Part shown: piece by piece, positions 50,012 through 59,827 of the stretch | Layout of the letters: every line of letters begins with the position of its first letter | Numbering within the stretch: the stretch's first letter is position 1 | From: Desulfobulbaceae bacterium | GTDB lineage: Bacteria > Bacteroidota > Ignavibacteria > Kapaibacteriales > UBA2268 | Direction: 5' to 3' | DNA: 64,000 nt | Assembly: GCA_018335795.1 (NCBI GenBank) | Contig: JAGXRP010000033.1 | Coordinates: 5,973-69,972 of the forward strand | The notes under the pieces: generated by a model | What the model saw: the letters and a program-made list of their open reading frames with translations, nothing else | What the model was told of the DNA's origin: nothing | The model's database searches: none | Position numbers and translations under genes: made by a program

Positions 50012-53000
50012 ATGTTTGGTAAAATTCTATTATTATCGGTTATTCTGATTTTTCATACTGTATGTGCTAATGCTCAGGGTTCGATGAGCATAGTTACAAA
50101 GGATTTTTCGAAATACCCGACAATGAGTGCTTCTTTATTCGTTTTTGATGTAAACGGCAATCCGGTTTATAACCTAAACAAGAATAACTTCGTTGTTAGG
50201 GACAATGGCTTAAACGTTCCTACTACAAATTCATACGTATGCAGTTTCATTCCGGATACTACTTACTTGTCAGTCAATATTTTATTTGATTTAGCTCTTA
50301 ATCATAACGAGAAGCCTGACAATCCATTTGAGCTTGGAAAGCAGCTTGCAACTAAATTAGTTAATAAATTAAAATTTCCCGACGACGAATGTTCCATTTC
50401 TACTTATGACATCAGGAGCTACTTGAATCGTGAAATTGACACTTCTCGAAGTGCCTTACTGAACGAGATTAATCTTTTGCAGCCCGCACGTGGCTCGCTT
50501 TTCGATATTGCATTTCTGAGTGAACCCGCTAACGGCATCAAAATAATCAATCGAGGAACTAATAAAAAAGTAATATTTTTTATTACAGACGGTGCCGGAG
50601 CAATCAACGAAGCTGAAATCATCAATCTTTGCAAAGCTAACAATATTCAATTATATACACTTTGCTTAGGACGAAAAATTCCCGAAAAGCTTAAAAATCT
50701 CAGCGTTGAAACAGGTGGTTGGTATTTAGATAAAATAGAAGCCGATAAAATTGGTGTTTCGATTAATGTTATGTTGGCATTAGCACGAAATCATAAGCCC
50801 TGTGTCTTACAATGGGATAATTTCGTATCCTGCGATGATGAACATACAGCAGAGATTGTATTACCATCTCTCAATTTAAGAGACAGTTTCGACTTCAGTT
50901 TTCTAAACGCGCAAAAGGCTTCTATCGTTTCTGAACCACAATTTATCGGCTTCAGTTCTGTTGAAGTTGGAAGCAAGAAAAGGTTGAGTTTAACAATAAC
51001 TGCTCGAAACCGCGATATTTTGATTCAAGAATTACAAATTGATGCACCATTTTTCATAGTTGAAGGCAATGTTTCAAATCAATTATTAGCTCAGAATGAT
51101 TTCCTTAACGTTACTGTCGAATATGTTCCACAACACGAAGCAATTGTTTTTTCAGAATTAAAAGTGATTTCGGATGCTTGCGAAGTAGCACCAATTTATA
51201 TCACAGGTGGTTTTCCAAATACGAAACCACTCGAAAAAACCGTAAAAATTGTTCATCCTAATGGCGGAGAATATTTGATAATCGGAGATACCTCTTTTGT
51301 CGAATGGAGAGGTTTATTGCCAAAGGATGTAATCCAATTGCAATATTCTATAAATAATGGACGTAACTGGGATACCTTAGCTACAAATGTTACAGGACTT
51401 AAAAGGGATTGGGTAGTCCCAAATAAACCGAGTGATTCTTGTCTTGTCAAAATTTTGCAGCTTTGGCCCAATAATGTTGGATTCACACTTGATTTGAAAC
51501 ATAATGGCAGAGTTAATTCAGGTTTTTTCAATCGTGAAGGTGATTTGGTTATTACAGCAAGTAGTGATACGACAGCTATCGTTTGGGTAGCAAATACAGG
51601 AGCCAAAAAATTTATATTAAGAGGTCATACAAAACCATTGACTTGGGCATCTTTTGACCCAAATGATAAATATGTTGCTACTGCAAGTACCGACTCTATG
51701 ATTATGATTTGGAGTTTGGAAGATGGCACTCTAGTGGCAGTCTTAGAAGACCATGCGACAAGAGTCGAATCAGTAAACTGGTCAAGTTCTGGTAATTACT
51801 TAATTTCCTCAGATTATCTCGGGTATGTTATCGTTTGGAATACAAACTGGGAATTAGAGAAAAAAATACAGTCTAATAGCGGAGTTACATGGTTTGCAGA
51901 CTTCAACCCTTTAGACGAAAATCTTATTATTACTGCTAACCAGGGGGGTAAAGCCAAGGTTTTTAATTGGGTTGATTACAACCCGGGAGATTTACCTTTG
52001 TTTGTGTATGATACAAAGACTGAGTGTGCACATGTGACGTACAATACTGACGGTACCAAAGTGGCTGTTGCAACACGTTCGGGCGACCCTAAAGTTTTGT
52101 ACGTATGGGATGTCAACATAACAGACCCACCTTTATATTCAATTACTCATAACATTGACCCCGGAGATAATAATTCAATATATTTTTCAAGCTTTTTCAT
52201 GCATCCGGACTTGGGTAGGGAGGTATTGTTGACCACAAGTACAGACCAAACTGCTCGATTGTGGGACGCAAGCGACGGTAGCCCGGAACGTATAAATGAT
52301 TTTATTACAGACAATGTATTCAAAGAACATAAGAATTCGGTTACTACAGCCGTATTTGATAGATTTGGTTCCAGAGTATTGACTTCAAGTTGGGATTCGA
52401 CCGCAAAAATATGGAATCTTGACCAAAAGGAACTCCAACAAGACGTTTCCGATTCGGTATTCTCAATCGCCTTTGCCGAAGGAAAAGGCTTTGCACACGA
52501 ATTTGGCGAAGTTGTTGTAGATGAATTATTAGATTCAGTGTTTAATTATGTATTTGTGAATGAATCCAAATTTGCTTATAACATTCGTAATATTAGAATG
52601 GTAGGTAATCATGCTGCAGATTTTGAAATCAATTCCGATTTAGAATTTCCTATCCTGCTTCAAAGTGGAGATACTATAAGTTTGGAATTGAGATTTATAC
52701 CAAAAGGGCTTGGGTTGAGAAGTGGTAAACTTGAATTCAATATCCCGGGACGAATTATCGAAACAACTTTGACAGGTTTTGGAATCGAGAGAACTTTGAA
52801 GGCAAATAATCGCTTAGTTGATTTTAAACTCATTGATGTGGGTAGTATTAAGGATTCGACATTTATCGCTCTAGTAACTAATACAAGCAACTCGCCAGTT
52901 AATATTACTAACATAGGATTGGTAGGTTCGTATCGTTTTGATTTTGGAACATTGGGAAGTAAGGTTGTATCAGTCCCTGCGGGTTCTGATATGATGATGA

Positions 53001-53797
53001 CACTTCGTTTCTCGCCAAAATTGATTGGGCGAAAAAATGCTCAAGTATATTTCGAACACGATGGGCTTGGTTCACCTACAATCGTGAATTTGTTTGGTGA
53101 AGGGGTCTTTGCCCGTAATGATTCTTTAACAATTTATATTGGCGACCATATTGCCGCAGACGGTGATGTGATACAAGTTCAAATCAAAATTACTGGAATT
53201 GGTGAATACGGAATTGCTTCAACAATTGAAGGCTTCAGAACTAAGGTAAAATTCAATGCTACAATGCTTGAACCACTTGATGGATTTACAAAGTCTACTA
53301 TACTCAATGGTGAGAATTTTATAGATGTAGATTTGCCGACGACATTTGGTGTTGATTCTGTCCTGAAAACTTTGACTTTCAAAGTCGGATTAGGCAATGA
53401 CTCGGTGACTGCATTGACACCTGAATTTACTTACCCGATTGGGTTTGGTCGTGTCAATATTTTCGATAAAGCAGGTTCATTCACATTATCAGGTTATTGC
53501 ATTGATGGAGGTCCAAGATTATTCGACCCTAATGGAAGGATTTCACTTTCACAGAATGAACCAAATCCTGCTGTTGAAAAGACCAATATCACTATTGAAG
53601 TTTTAGAATCCGGCATCACAAAACTTTACATATCGGATATTTTTGGTCGAGTTGTTAAGAATATAGTCGAAAGCTCCTTAAGCCCGGGCGAACATCAATT
53701 TTCGATATATACCGGTGATTTAAGCTCAGGAGTTTATTTTTATATCTTAGAAACACCGACGACTACAATTATGAAAAAAATGGAAATTAAAAATTAA
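50012..53797 (+). CDS. Large (1261 aa) secreted protein with N-terminal vWA-like, central WD40 beta-propeller and T9SS C-terminal sorting domains
   Basis: Signal peptide. vWA-like region KKVIFFITDG. WD40 repeats GHTKPLTWASFDPNDKYVATASTDSMIMIWSL..., ...HATRVESVNWSSSGNYLISSDYLGYVIVWN. C-terminus ...EPNPAVEKTNITIEV...GVYFYILETPTTTIMKKMEIKN has the T9SS C-terminal domain pattern. Confidence 0.8.
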   Translation: MFGKILLLSVILIFHTVCANAQGSMSIVTKDFSKYPTMSASLFVFDVNGNPVYNLNKNNFVVRDNGLNVPTTNSYVCSFIPDTTYLSVNILFDLALNHNEKPDNPFELGKQLATKLVNKLKFPDDECSISTYDIRSYLNREIDTSRSALLNEINLLQPARGSLFDIAFLSEPANGIKIINRGTNKKVIFFITDGAGAINEAEIINLCKANNIQLYTLCLGRKIPEKLKNLSVETGGWYLDKIEADKIGVSINVMLALARNHKPCVLQWDNFVSCDDEHTAEIVLPSLNLRDSFDFSFLNAQKASIVSEPQFIGFSSVEVGSKKRLSLTITARNRDILIQELQIDAPFFIVEGNVSNQLLAQNDFLNVTVEYVPQHEAIVFSELKVISDACEVAPIYITGGFPNTKPLEKTVKIVHPNGGEYLIIGDTSFVEWRGLLPKDVIQLQYSINNGRNWDTLATNVTGLKRDWVVPNKPSDSCLVKILQLWPNNVGFTLDLKHNGRVNSGFFNREGDLVITASSDTTAIVWVANTGAKKFILRGHTKPLTWASFDPNDKYVATASTDSMIMIWSLEDGTLVAVLEDHATRVESVNWSSSGNYLISSDYLGYVIVWNTNWELEKKIQSNSGVTWFADFNPLDENLIITANQGGKAKVFNWVDYNPGDLPLFVYDTKTECAHVTYNTDGTKVAVATRSGDPKVLYVWDVNITDPPLYSITHNIDPGDNNSIYFSSFFMHPDLGREVLLTTSTDQTARLWDASDGSPERINDFITDNVFKEHKNSVTTAVFDRFGSRVLTSSWDSTAKIWNLDQKELQQDVSDSVFSIAFAEGKGFAHEFGEVVVDELLDSVFNYVFVNESKFAYNIRNIRMVGNHAADFEINSDLEFPILLQSGDTISLELRFIPKGLGLRSGKLEFNIPGRIIETTLTGFGIERTLKANNRLVDFKLIDVGSIKDSTFIALVTNTSNSPVNITNIGLVGSYRFDFGTLGSKVVSVPAGSDMMMTLRFSPKLIGRKNAQVYFEHDGLGSPTIVNLFGEGVFARNDSLTIYIGDHIAADGDVIQVQIKITGIGEYGIASTIEGFRTKVKFNATMLEPLDGFTKSTILNGENFIDVDLPTTFGVDSVLKTLTFKVGLGNDSVTALTPEFTYPIGFGRVNIFDKAGSFTLSGYCIDGGPRLFDPNGRISLSQNEPNPAVEKTNITIEVLESGITKLYISDIFGRVVKNIVESSLSPGEHQFSIYTGDLSSGVYFYILETPTTTIMKKMEIKN

Positions 53798-53808
53798 TCA
53801 AAAGCAAA

Positions 53809-55062
53809 ATGATACAAAACATTAGAGGCACAAAGGACATTTTGCCTGACCAAATCGGTCAATGGCATAGTTTAGAGCGCATTTTTAACGAAGTAACAAC
53901 TTTATACGGATACAAAGAGCTCAGGACACCAATATTTGAAAAAACGGAGGTTTTCTCACGTAGCATTGGCGATAATACTGACATCGTGAACAAGGAAATG
54001 TACACATTCATTGATAAGGGCGGCGAATCGGTCACATTGAGACCGGAAATGACTGCTGCATTGGTCAGGTCTGTCATCCAAAATTCACTTACCCAAGAAG
54101 TTTCAGCGCTTCGATTATGGTATTTCGGTCCTTTTTTCCGATATGAACGTCCGCAAAAGGGGAGACTCAGACAGTTTCACCAGTTCGGTGCGGAATGTAT
54201 TAGATCTCCATATCCGGAAAGTGATGTTGAAATAATTTTATTGGCAAATCAACTTATTCGCAAAGCTGGCATAAGTGACTATCAGCTTAATATTAATACT
54301 TTGGGCAATGATTCATCCAGAACTCTATACAAAGACGAACTGACAAAGTATTTGACCTCAAATAAGGAACAATTATCCGAAGATAGCAAATTCCGATTGG
54401 AAACAAACCCTTTAAGAGTGTTGGATTCAAAATCTGAAAATGACAAGCTCGTAATAGAATCCGCACCCTCAATACTTGACTTTTTAGACGACGAAAGTAG
54501 AAATCATTTCGATGTCGTGAAATCAATGTTAGATGATGCAAAAGTACCCTACAAAATTGACCCGAAATTAGTCAGAGGCTTGGATTACTATTGTCATACT
54601 GTATTCGAGTTCAAAAGTGGAGCATTAGGTGCTCAAGATGCCTTTGGTGGTGGTGGAAGATACGATGGATTGTTTTCGCAATTAGGTGGCAAGCTCACTC
54701 CCGCAGTTGGTTTTGCAATGGGTGTAGAACGTCTCTTGCTGATAATTGAGAATTCTGCCCCGGAGCAAGTGATTAAGCAATCCGATTGTGACGTTTTTAT
54801 AGTTTGTATGAATGAAAATCTACTCAAAGACGCTTTTAAAATTAGTGAGATGTTGCGTTCAAATGGCTATAGTACATTTTGTGATCTGCATCGTCGTTCG
54901 ATGAAAGCACAAATGCGAGAAACAAACAAATTGAACGCAAAACATTGTATAATTATTGGTGAGGACGAAATAAAACGTAATGCCGTAACAATCAAAAACA
55001 TGATTACAAGCAAACAAGTTGAAATTAAAATTGATTTGCTGCATACGATTTCGTTTAGTTAA
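53809..55062 (+). CDS. hisS: Histidine--tRNA ligase
   Basis: Class II motifs; FRYERPQKGRLRQFHQFGAE (motif 2) and GGGRYDGL (motif 3) are diagnostic. 417 aa. Confidence 0.95.
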   Translation: MIQNIRGTKDILPDQIGQWHSLERIFNEVTTLYGYKELRTPIFEKTEVFSRSIGDNTDIVNKEMYTFIDKGGESVTLRPEMTAALVRSVIQNSLTQEVSALRLWYFGPFFRYERPQKGRLRQFHQFGAECIRSPYPESDVEIILLANQLIRKAGISDYQLNINTLGNDSSRTLYKDELTKYLTSNKEQLSEDSKFRLETNPLRVLDSKSENDKLVIESAPSILDFLDDESRNHFDVVKSMLDDAKVPYKIDPKLVRGLDYYCHTVFEFKSGALGAQDAFGGGGRYDGLFSQLGGKLTPAVGFAMGVERLLLIIENSAPEQVIKQSDCDVFIVCMNENLLKDAFKISEMLRSNGYSTFCDLHRRSMKAQMRETNKLNAKHCIIIGEDEIKRNAVTIKNMITSKQVEIKIDLLHTISFS

Positions 55063-55064
55063 AA

Positions 55065-56333
55065 ATGAAACTTAAGAAGGAACTATCAAATACTGACTTT
55101 TTCAACCGCTATTTATCCAAATGGCAAGTAAAGTTGATTTTGGCTGTGGTTGCATTTTTGATTGTTCTTTCGGTTATTTTCTTTACTCAATCAATTGTCC
55201 AAGAATTAATTATACGCGACCAAAATGCAGTTCAGCTTTATGCCGAAAGAACTGAAAATTTCATGTCTTCTGAAGATGGTATCAACAATCTTGACTTGGT
55301 AAATAATTATCTCTTTTTTCTGGATAATATAGTTCCCAGAGTTATCAACTTTCCGATTATTTTGACTGATGAAAACGGCGAACCAACCGAACCATATGAG
55401 GATTGGACTTTGAACATTGATTTCGAACCTGGAATGACAATTGCCGAGCAACGTGCGAAAGTGAAATCTATGTTAATTGAGATGGAAAGCAATTATCCGC
55501 CGATTCTGGTCAAAGACAAAGATGATAATGTTATCAGCATGGTTTACTACACACATTCCTCTTTAGTTGACCAACTGCGGTATTTTCCGGCTGTTGCTTT
55601 GATAATAATCGGAGTTTTTGTTTTTATCGGATATTTTTCGTTTAATTCCGCCCGAAATCATGAGCAAACTAAGGTTTGGGTTGGAATGTCCAAAGAAGCT
55701 GCTCATCAGTTGGGGACCCCTTTGTCAAGCTTGTTAGCATGGATTGAAATCATAAAATATAACGATGACACAATTTCAGTTCAAGATGCAGTTGCCGAAA
55801 TGGAAAAAGATATCGAAAGACTCAACACTATTGCTACAAGGTTTTCTAAGATTGGTTCAACTCCTGAAAAAGAGAATGTAAATATATCAAGATTGATAGA
55901 AAATGTCTGTACATATTTTGATAAACGTTTACCTCATCTCGGCAAGAAAGTGGAAATTATCCGTAGTTTGGATGATAGCCTTTTTGCTGATATTAACGTT
56001 GAACTTTTCGCATGGGTTATAGAGAATTTATTGAAAAATGCTGCAGAATCCATAGAGGAAAAACAAGGTACGATTTTTATTTATATGAGAATTAATCCGA
56101 AAAAGAAGTTTTACATCTTTGTCAAAGATACCGGTAAGGGCATGACACCTAAGCTTAAAAGACAAATATTCAGACCGGGTTTCAGTACTAAAAAACGAGG
56201 TTGGGGATTAGGTTTGAGTTTGTGTAAACGTATAGTCGAGGAATACCACGATGGTAAAATCTATGTAAAAGAATCGGTTGTAGGCAAAGGTACAACTTTT
56301 GCTATTGAATTACCATTGAATCTCAAAAAGTAG
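55065..56333 (+). CDS. Sensor histidine kinase (membrane-anchored, periplasmic sensor region, HisKA + HATPase_c)
   Basis: H-box EAAHQLGTPLSSL, N-box LLKNAAES, G-boxes DTGKGM and GLGLSLCKRIV; two TM segments. Starts 3 nt after the hisS stop. Confidence 0.85.
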   Translation: MKLKKELSNTDFFNRYLSKWQVKLILAVVAFLIVLSVIFFTQSIVQELIIRDQNAVQLYAERTENFMSSEDGINNLDLVNNYLFFLDNIVPRVINFPIILTDENGEPTEPYEDWTLNIDFEPGMTIAEQRAKVKSMLIEMESNYPPILVKDKDDNVISMVYYTHSSLVDQLRYFPAVALIIIGVFVFIGYFSFNSARNHEQTKVWVGMSKEAAHQLGTPLSSLLAWIEIIKYNDDTISVQDAVAEMEKDIERLNTIATRFSKIGSTPEKENVNISRLIENVCTYFDKRLPHLGKKVEIIRSLDDSLFADINVELFAWVIENLLKNAAESIEEKQGTIFIYMRINPKKKFYIFVKDTGKGMTPKLKRQIFRPGFSTKKRGWGLGLSLCKRIVEEYHDGKIYVKESVVGKGTTFAIELPLNLKK

Positions 56334-56826
56334 ATTCATCTCTCCATTGCAGTATTTTCCATATATCGGATGTCGAATTTCGTATTATTCTCAAATTGAC
56401 CCTTCCATTAATATTGACTGCATCAGTCGGGCTAAAGACGATTGAGAGGTTGAAGCCACGAGAAATATCTTTCGTCAATGAATCTCCTATTTCTACAACA
56501 ACATCATTCCAAGCCAAATCTATGTTTTGAGTTGAAAGAAATAAACGTGAGGTAGTCAGCATATCATCTTGCCGTCCCCATGATTCATCAACGCTTTTTT
56601 CATAATTACGGAATGTAAATCTAAAATCGTCCGCCAACAAATTGCCATAAACAAGAGTATCCTTGAAAATATATGCATAACGGAAGTTTTTGAAAACACC
56701 GTCAACTTGGGTTTGGTCACCAAGAATATTACTTTGGTTATCAACATTAGCTAATTTTGGGGCAAAAGGATTTGTACACCCAAGTACCATAACTGTTAGC
56801 AACGATATTATAATTTTTATTCTCAT
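56323..56826 (-). CDS. Hypothetical lipoprotein (167 aa)
   Basis: Lipobox VLGC. Overlaps the convergent histidine kinase end by 11 nt and follows the upstream lipoprotein gene with a 1-nt gap. Confidence 0.45.
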   Translation of the reverse strand: MRIKIIISLLTVMVLGCTNPFAPKLANVDNQSNILGDQTQVDGVFKNFRYAYIFKDTLVYGNLLADDFRFTFRNYEKSVDESWGRQDDMLTTSRLFLSTQNIDLAWNDVVVEIGDSLTKDISRGFNLSIVFSPTDAVNINGRVNLRIIRNSTSDIWKILQWRDESTF

Positions 56827-56827
56827 C

Positions 56828-57430
56828 TCAATTGCTGTAAATTGCCTTTAAAATGCTCCAAGTGTTTGCTTCGTTCTCAACTTCATTATTCTGATAATCA
56901 AACCATCTCGAAATATACCATAATCCGTTTGTTTTTGCAATCATGGTTAGTTGAATTCTACCTCTGAATTCCGTGATTTGGCTTACATCTTTTTCCGGCA
57001 AAGTTATAATGTAATCAGCTGAAAAAATTGACGAATCGGGAGTTTCCAATATCGGTTTTCTATTAGGAAAACTAATCTGAATTCTCTCGGAGCCAAATTG
57101 AGAAGATAATCGGTTAATCAACCTGCGTTCAGATTCGATATTCCAATCATCAAAAAGTGAGGGATATGAAGCTAAAGCCGATGAAGCAGGAAAAAATTTA
57201 TATTTAAAGGTTTGTTCGCCAATTTCATCAAAAAAGCATTTGTAATAATTATCAGCATTCAAGCTACGAAGAGAATTTTCAAAATTCAGTAGTAAAATAT
57301 CAGGTTCAGTGGGAGGGATGTAACCCGAATTTCCGGTGTCCGGTTCTTCAGGATTACGTGTAGAAAATAACTCGCATCCGGTAATCAAACCCAAATAAGC
57401 TAAAAGTAATATTTGAACTAAGAATCTCAA
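56828..57430 (-). CDS. Hypothetical lipoprotein (200 aa)
   Basis: Lipobox LITGC. Its start overlaps the recR stop (ATGA). Confidence 0.45.
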   Translation of the reverse strand: MRFLVQILLLAYLGLITGCELFSTRNPEEPDTGNSGYIPPTEPDILLLNFENSLRSLNADNYYKCFFDEIGEQTFKYKFFPASSALASYPSLFDDWNIESERRLINRLSSQFGSERIQISFPNRKPILETPDSSIFSADYIITLPEKDVSQITEFRGRIQLTMIAKTNGLWYISRWFDYQNNEVENEANTWSILKAIYSN

Positions 57431-58020
57431 ATCGCAATCCTTCCTTCTAAAGCTCGTGCTATTGTTGCATCATCTGAAAATTCGAGCGAAGAACCCATTG
57501 GAACACCGCTTGCAATTCGCGATATTTTCACACCAAAAGGTCTTATCAATTTTGCAATATAATGTGTAGTTAATTCTCCCTCGACAGATGGATTCAGAGC
57601 AAATATCACTTCTTCTACTTCATTTAAACGCGAAATCAGCTCCATAATTTTAATATCATCTTGTGAAATTCCTTCCAAAGGGTTCATAACCCCATGAAGA
57701 ACATGATAAAGCCCATAAAAATCGTTTGTTTTTTCGATTGAAATCACATCATTTGGTTCTTCTACTACGCAAATGATTGTTCTGTCACGCTTAGTAGAGC
57801 TACAAATAGGGCAGGGGTCGCGTTCTGTATAATTAAAGCAAATAGAACAAAAGCGAACATTTTGTTTCAAATCAATTATAACTTTTGACATTTTTTCAGC
57901 GAAGCTGTCGTTTTGGCGTAGTAAGTAATATGTAAGTCGTTGAGCAGTTTTCTTGCCTATTGATGGAAAAGACGAAAAGATTTCGATTGCTTTTTCAATT
58001 GATTCAGATGTGTAATTCAT
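57427..58020 (-). CDS. recR: Recombination protein RecR
   Basis: HhH, C4 zinc finger CSICFNYTERDPCPIC, and Toprim. 197 aa. Confidence 0.9.
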   Translation of the reverse strand: MNYTSESIEKAIEIFSSFPSIGKKTAQRLTYYLLRQNDSFAEKMSKVIIDLKQNVRFCSICFNYTERDPCPICSSTKRDRTIICVVEEPNDVISIEKTNDFYGLYHVLHGVMNPLEGISQDDIKIMELISRLNEVEEVIFALNPSVEGELTTHYIAKLIRPFGVKISRIASGVPMGSSLEFSDDATIARALEGRIAI

Positions 58021-58033
58021 ATTGGTCTTATTC

Positions 58034-58360
58034 TCAAAATCCCAAATTCATACCGGGGATGTTGGGCATCATTCCGCGTACTTTGTTCATCTCGTCTGCA
58101 GCTACTCTCGAAGCATTTTCTTGAGCTTTGTTGACTGCGGCAACAACCAAATCTTCTAACATTCCAATATCATCATTTTTGATTAGCTCAGGGGCTATTT
58201 TAATATTTAGAATCTTGCCCGATGCAGTGATTTCAACCACCACCATTCCGCCACCCGAATCAGACTTCATGGTAATATTTTCGAGTCCTTTTTTGATGCG
58301 TTCTACTTCTTCTTGCATTTTTTGTGCTTGTTGCATAATGCTTTGAATATCGAATTTCAT
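58034..58360 (-). CDS. ybaB: YbaB/EbfC family nucleoid-associated protein
   Basis: 108 aa, conserved pattern MQQAQKMQEEVERIK...GGGMVVVEITASGKIL; canonical position upstream of recR. Confidence 0.85.
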   Translation of the reverse strand: MKFDIQSIMQQAQKMQEEVERIKKGLENITMKSDSGGGMVVVEITASGKILNIKIAPELIKNDDIGMLEDLVVAAVNKAQENASRVAADEMNKVRGMMPNIPGMNLGF

Positions 58361-58505
58361 ACGTTTCTCAATTTATTTACAAAATATAAAATATAAAACG
58401 TTCAATAATAGTCTTTTGTTTATTATTTGAATATTTTTTCATAAGTTTACAAAACTAACGAATTCAAAACACAATTACTGTTAAATTAATCAATAAGGTG
58501 AATTA

Positions 58506-59198
58506 ATGAGTTTATTCAGTAGAATCGCTGATGTTTTCAAAGCAAACGTCAACGACATGCTCGACAAGGTTGAAGACCCTGAGAAAATGCTAAAGCAAAT
58601 GGTCATCGAGATGGAGGAATCTGTCAACAAGACCACACTTGCTGTAGCGCAAGCTATTGCAAACGAAAAAAGTCTTGAGCGGAAAATCGAAAAAGCACGT
58701 AAAGACAAGGATGAATGGGAAAATAAAGCGATGCAGGCTTTAAATGCAAGTAGGGAAGACCTTGCGCGTGCTGCGTTGGAAAAAAAATCTATTTCGGAGC
58801 GAAATTTAAGTGATTTAGTACCTATTCATGTTCAGGCACGTGAAACTTCAAACAAATTGCGCCAGCAGTTAGATTCGCTCAAGGCTAAGCTTGATGAGGC
58901 AAAATCAAGACAAAGTACTTTGATTGCTCGCTCACAAGCAGCGAAAGCTCAAAAAGAAATTGCTAAAAATTTAAGTGGAATCGGAGGAGACGCCTTTGGG
59001 AAATTCGATAAATTTGAAGGTAAAATCGAAAAGCTCGAAGCAGAAGCATCTGCTTTTGAACAACTCGCAGGTGAAAACACAGCATTAGACGACGAATTTA
59101 AGAAACTTGGCTCATCTACAACTGTCGAATCTGACTTGTTGGCTTTGAAAGCAAAGATGGGGCTTTTAGAGTCCGGTTCACAAGAAGAAAACAAATAA
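58506..59198 (+). CDS. pspA: PspA/IM30 (phage-shock protein A / Vipp1) family protein
   Basis: MSLFSRIADVFKANVNDMLDKVEDPEKMLKQMV is the family N-terminus; long coiled coil. 230 aa. Confidence 0.85.
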   Translation: MSLFSRIADVFKANVNDMLDKVEDPEKMLKQMVIEMEESVNKTTLAVAQAIANEKSLERKIEKARKDKDEWENKAMQALNASREDLARAALEKKSISERNLSDLVPIHVQARETSNKLRQQLDSLKAKLDEAKSRQSTLIARSQAAKAQKEIAKNLSGIGGDAFGKFDKFEGKIEKLEAEASAFEQLAGENTALDDEFKKLGSSTTVESDLLALKAKMGLLESGSQEENK

Positions 59199-59209
59199 GG
59201 AGTATAACA

Positions 59210-59695
59210 ATGAATGAAAACATTTATCATAAAGAAGGAGATGAAACGATGGTGGAGACTCCACAAGTATTAATTGATGCGACTATAACCAGAGTTGAAA
59301 ATTTTCTTAAATCGCAATTTCCTGATTACTTAAATTTTGAAAATGGTACTTTTACAGTTAATCGCGGTAATTCGCAAGTAATGATTGCAATCAGACCCTT
59401 TACTGATTCAGAATCGTGTATAGAGTTTGTATCCAATGTTGCATATGAATCAAAGCTTACAACTGAATTGATGCAGTTTTTACTTCGTAAAAACGCCGAA
59501 TTACATTTTGGTGCATTTGGAGTATTATTCGATGATACGATTATATTCCAATACACAATTGCAGGTTCAAATGTTGATTCAAATGAATTGCTTACTTCTA
59601 TTAATGCAGTTGCTATAATTTCTGACCATTATGCAAATGAAATTGTAACACTTGGCGACGGAAAATTAATCAACGAATTTCAAGAACAAGGTTAA
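59210..59695 (+). CDS. YbjN-like (putative sensory-transduction regulator / chaperone-like) domain protein, PspA-associated
   Basis: 161-aa acidic alpha/beta protein; the pattern and adjacency to pspA fit YbjN-domain partners. Assignment by pattern only. Confidence 0.45.
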   Translation: MNENIYHKEGDETMVETPQVLIDATITRVENFLKSQFPDYLNFENGTFTVNRGNSQVMIAIRPFTDSESCIEFVSNVAYESKLTTELMQFLLRKNAELHFGAFGVLFDDTIIFQYTIAGSNVDSNELLTSINAVAIISDHYANEIVTLGDGKLINEFQEQG

Positions 59696-59733
59696 ATTAA
59701 CTACAGCTTTTTAAAAAGTATGAGCAAAATGAA

Positions 59734-59770
59734 AGAAGTCATTTCACAAAGGAATGGCTTCTTTTTTTAT
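59734..59770 (+). terminator. Rho-independent terminator of the pspA-ybjN operon
   Basis: AGAAGTCATT / AATGGCTTCT stem followed by a T7 run. Confidence 0.6.
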
Positions 59771-59827
59771 ATCAATGGGTTGAATGTGCTTATTTAATAT
59801 ATTGTCTTAAGAATATGATATGGAACA

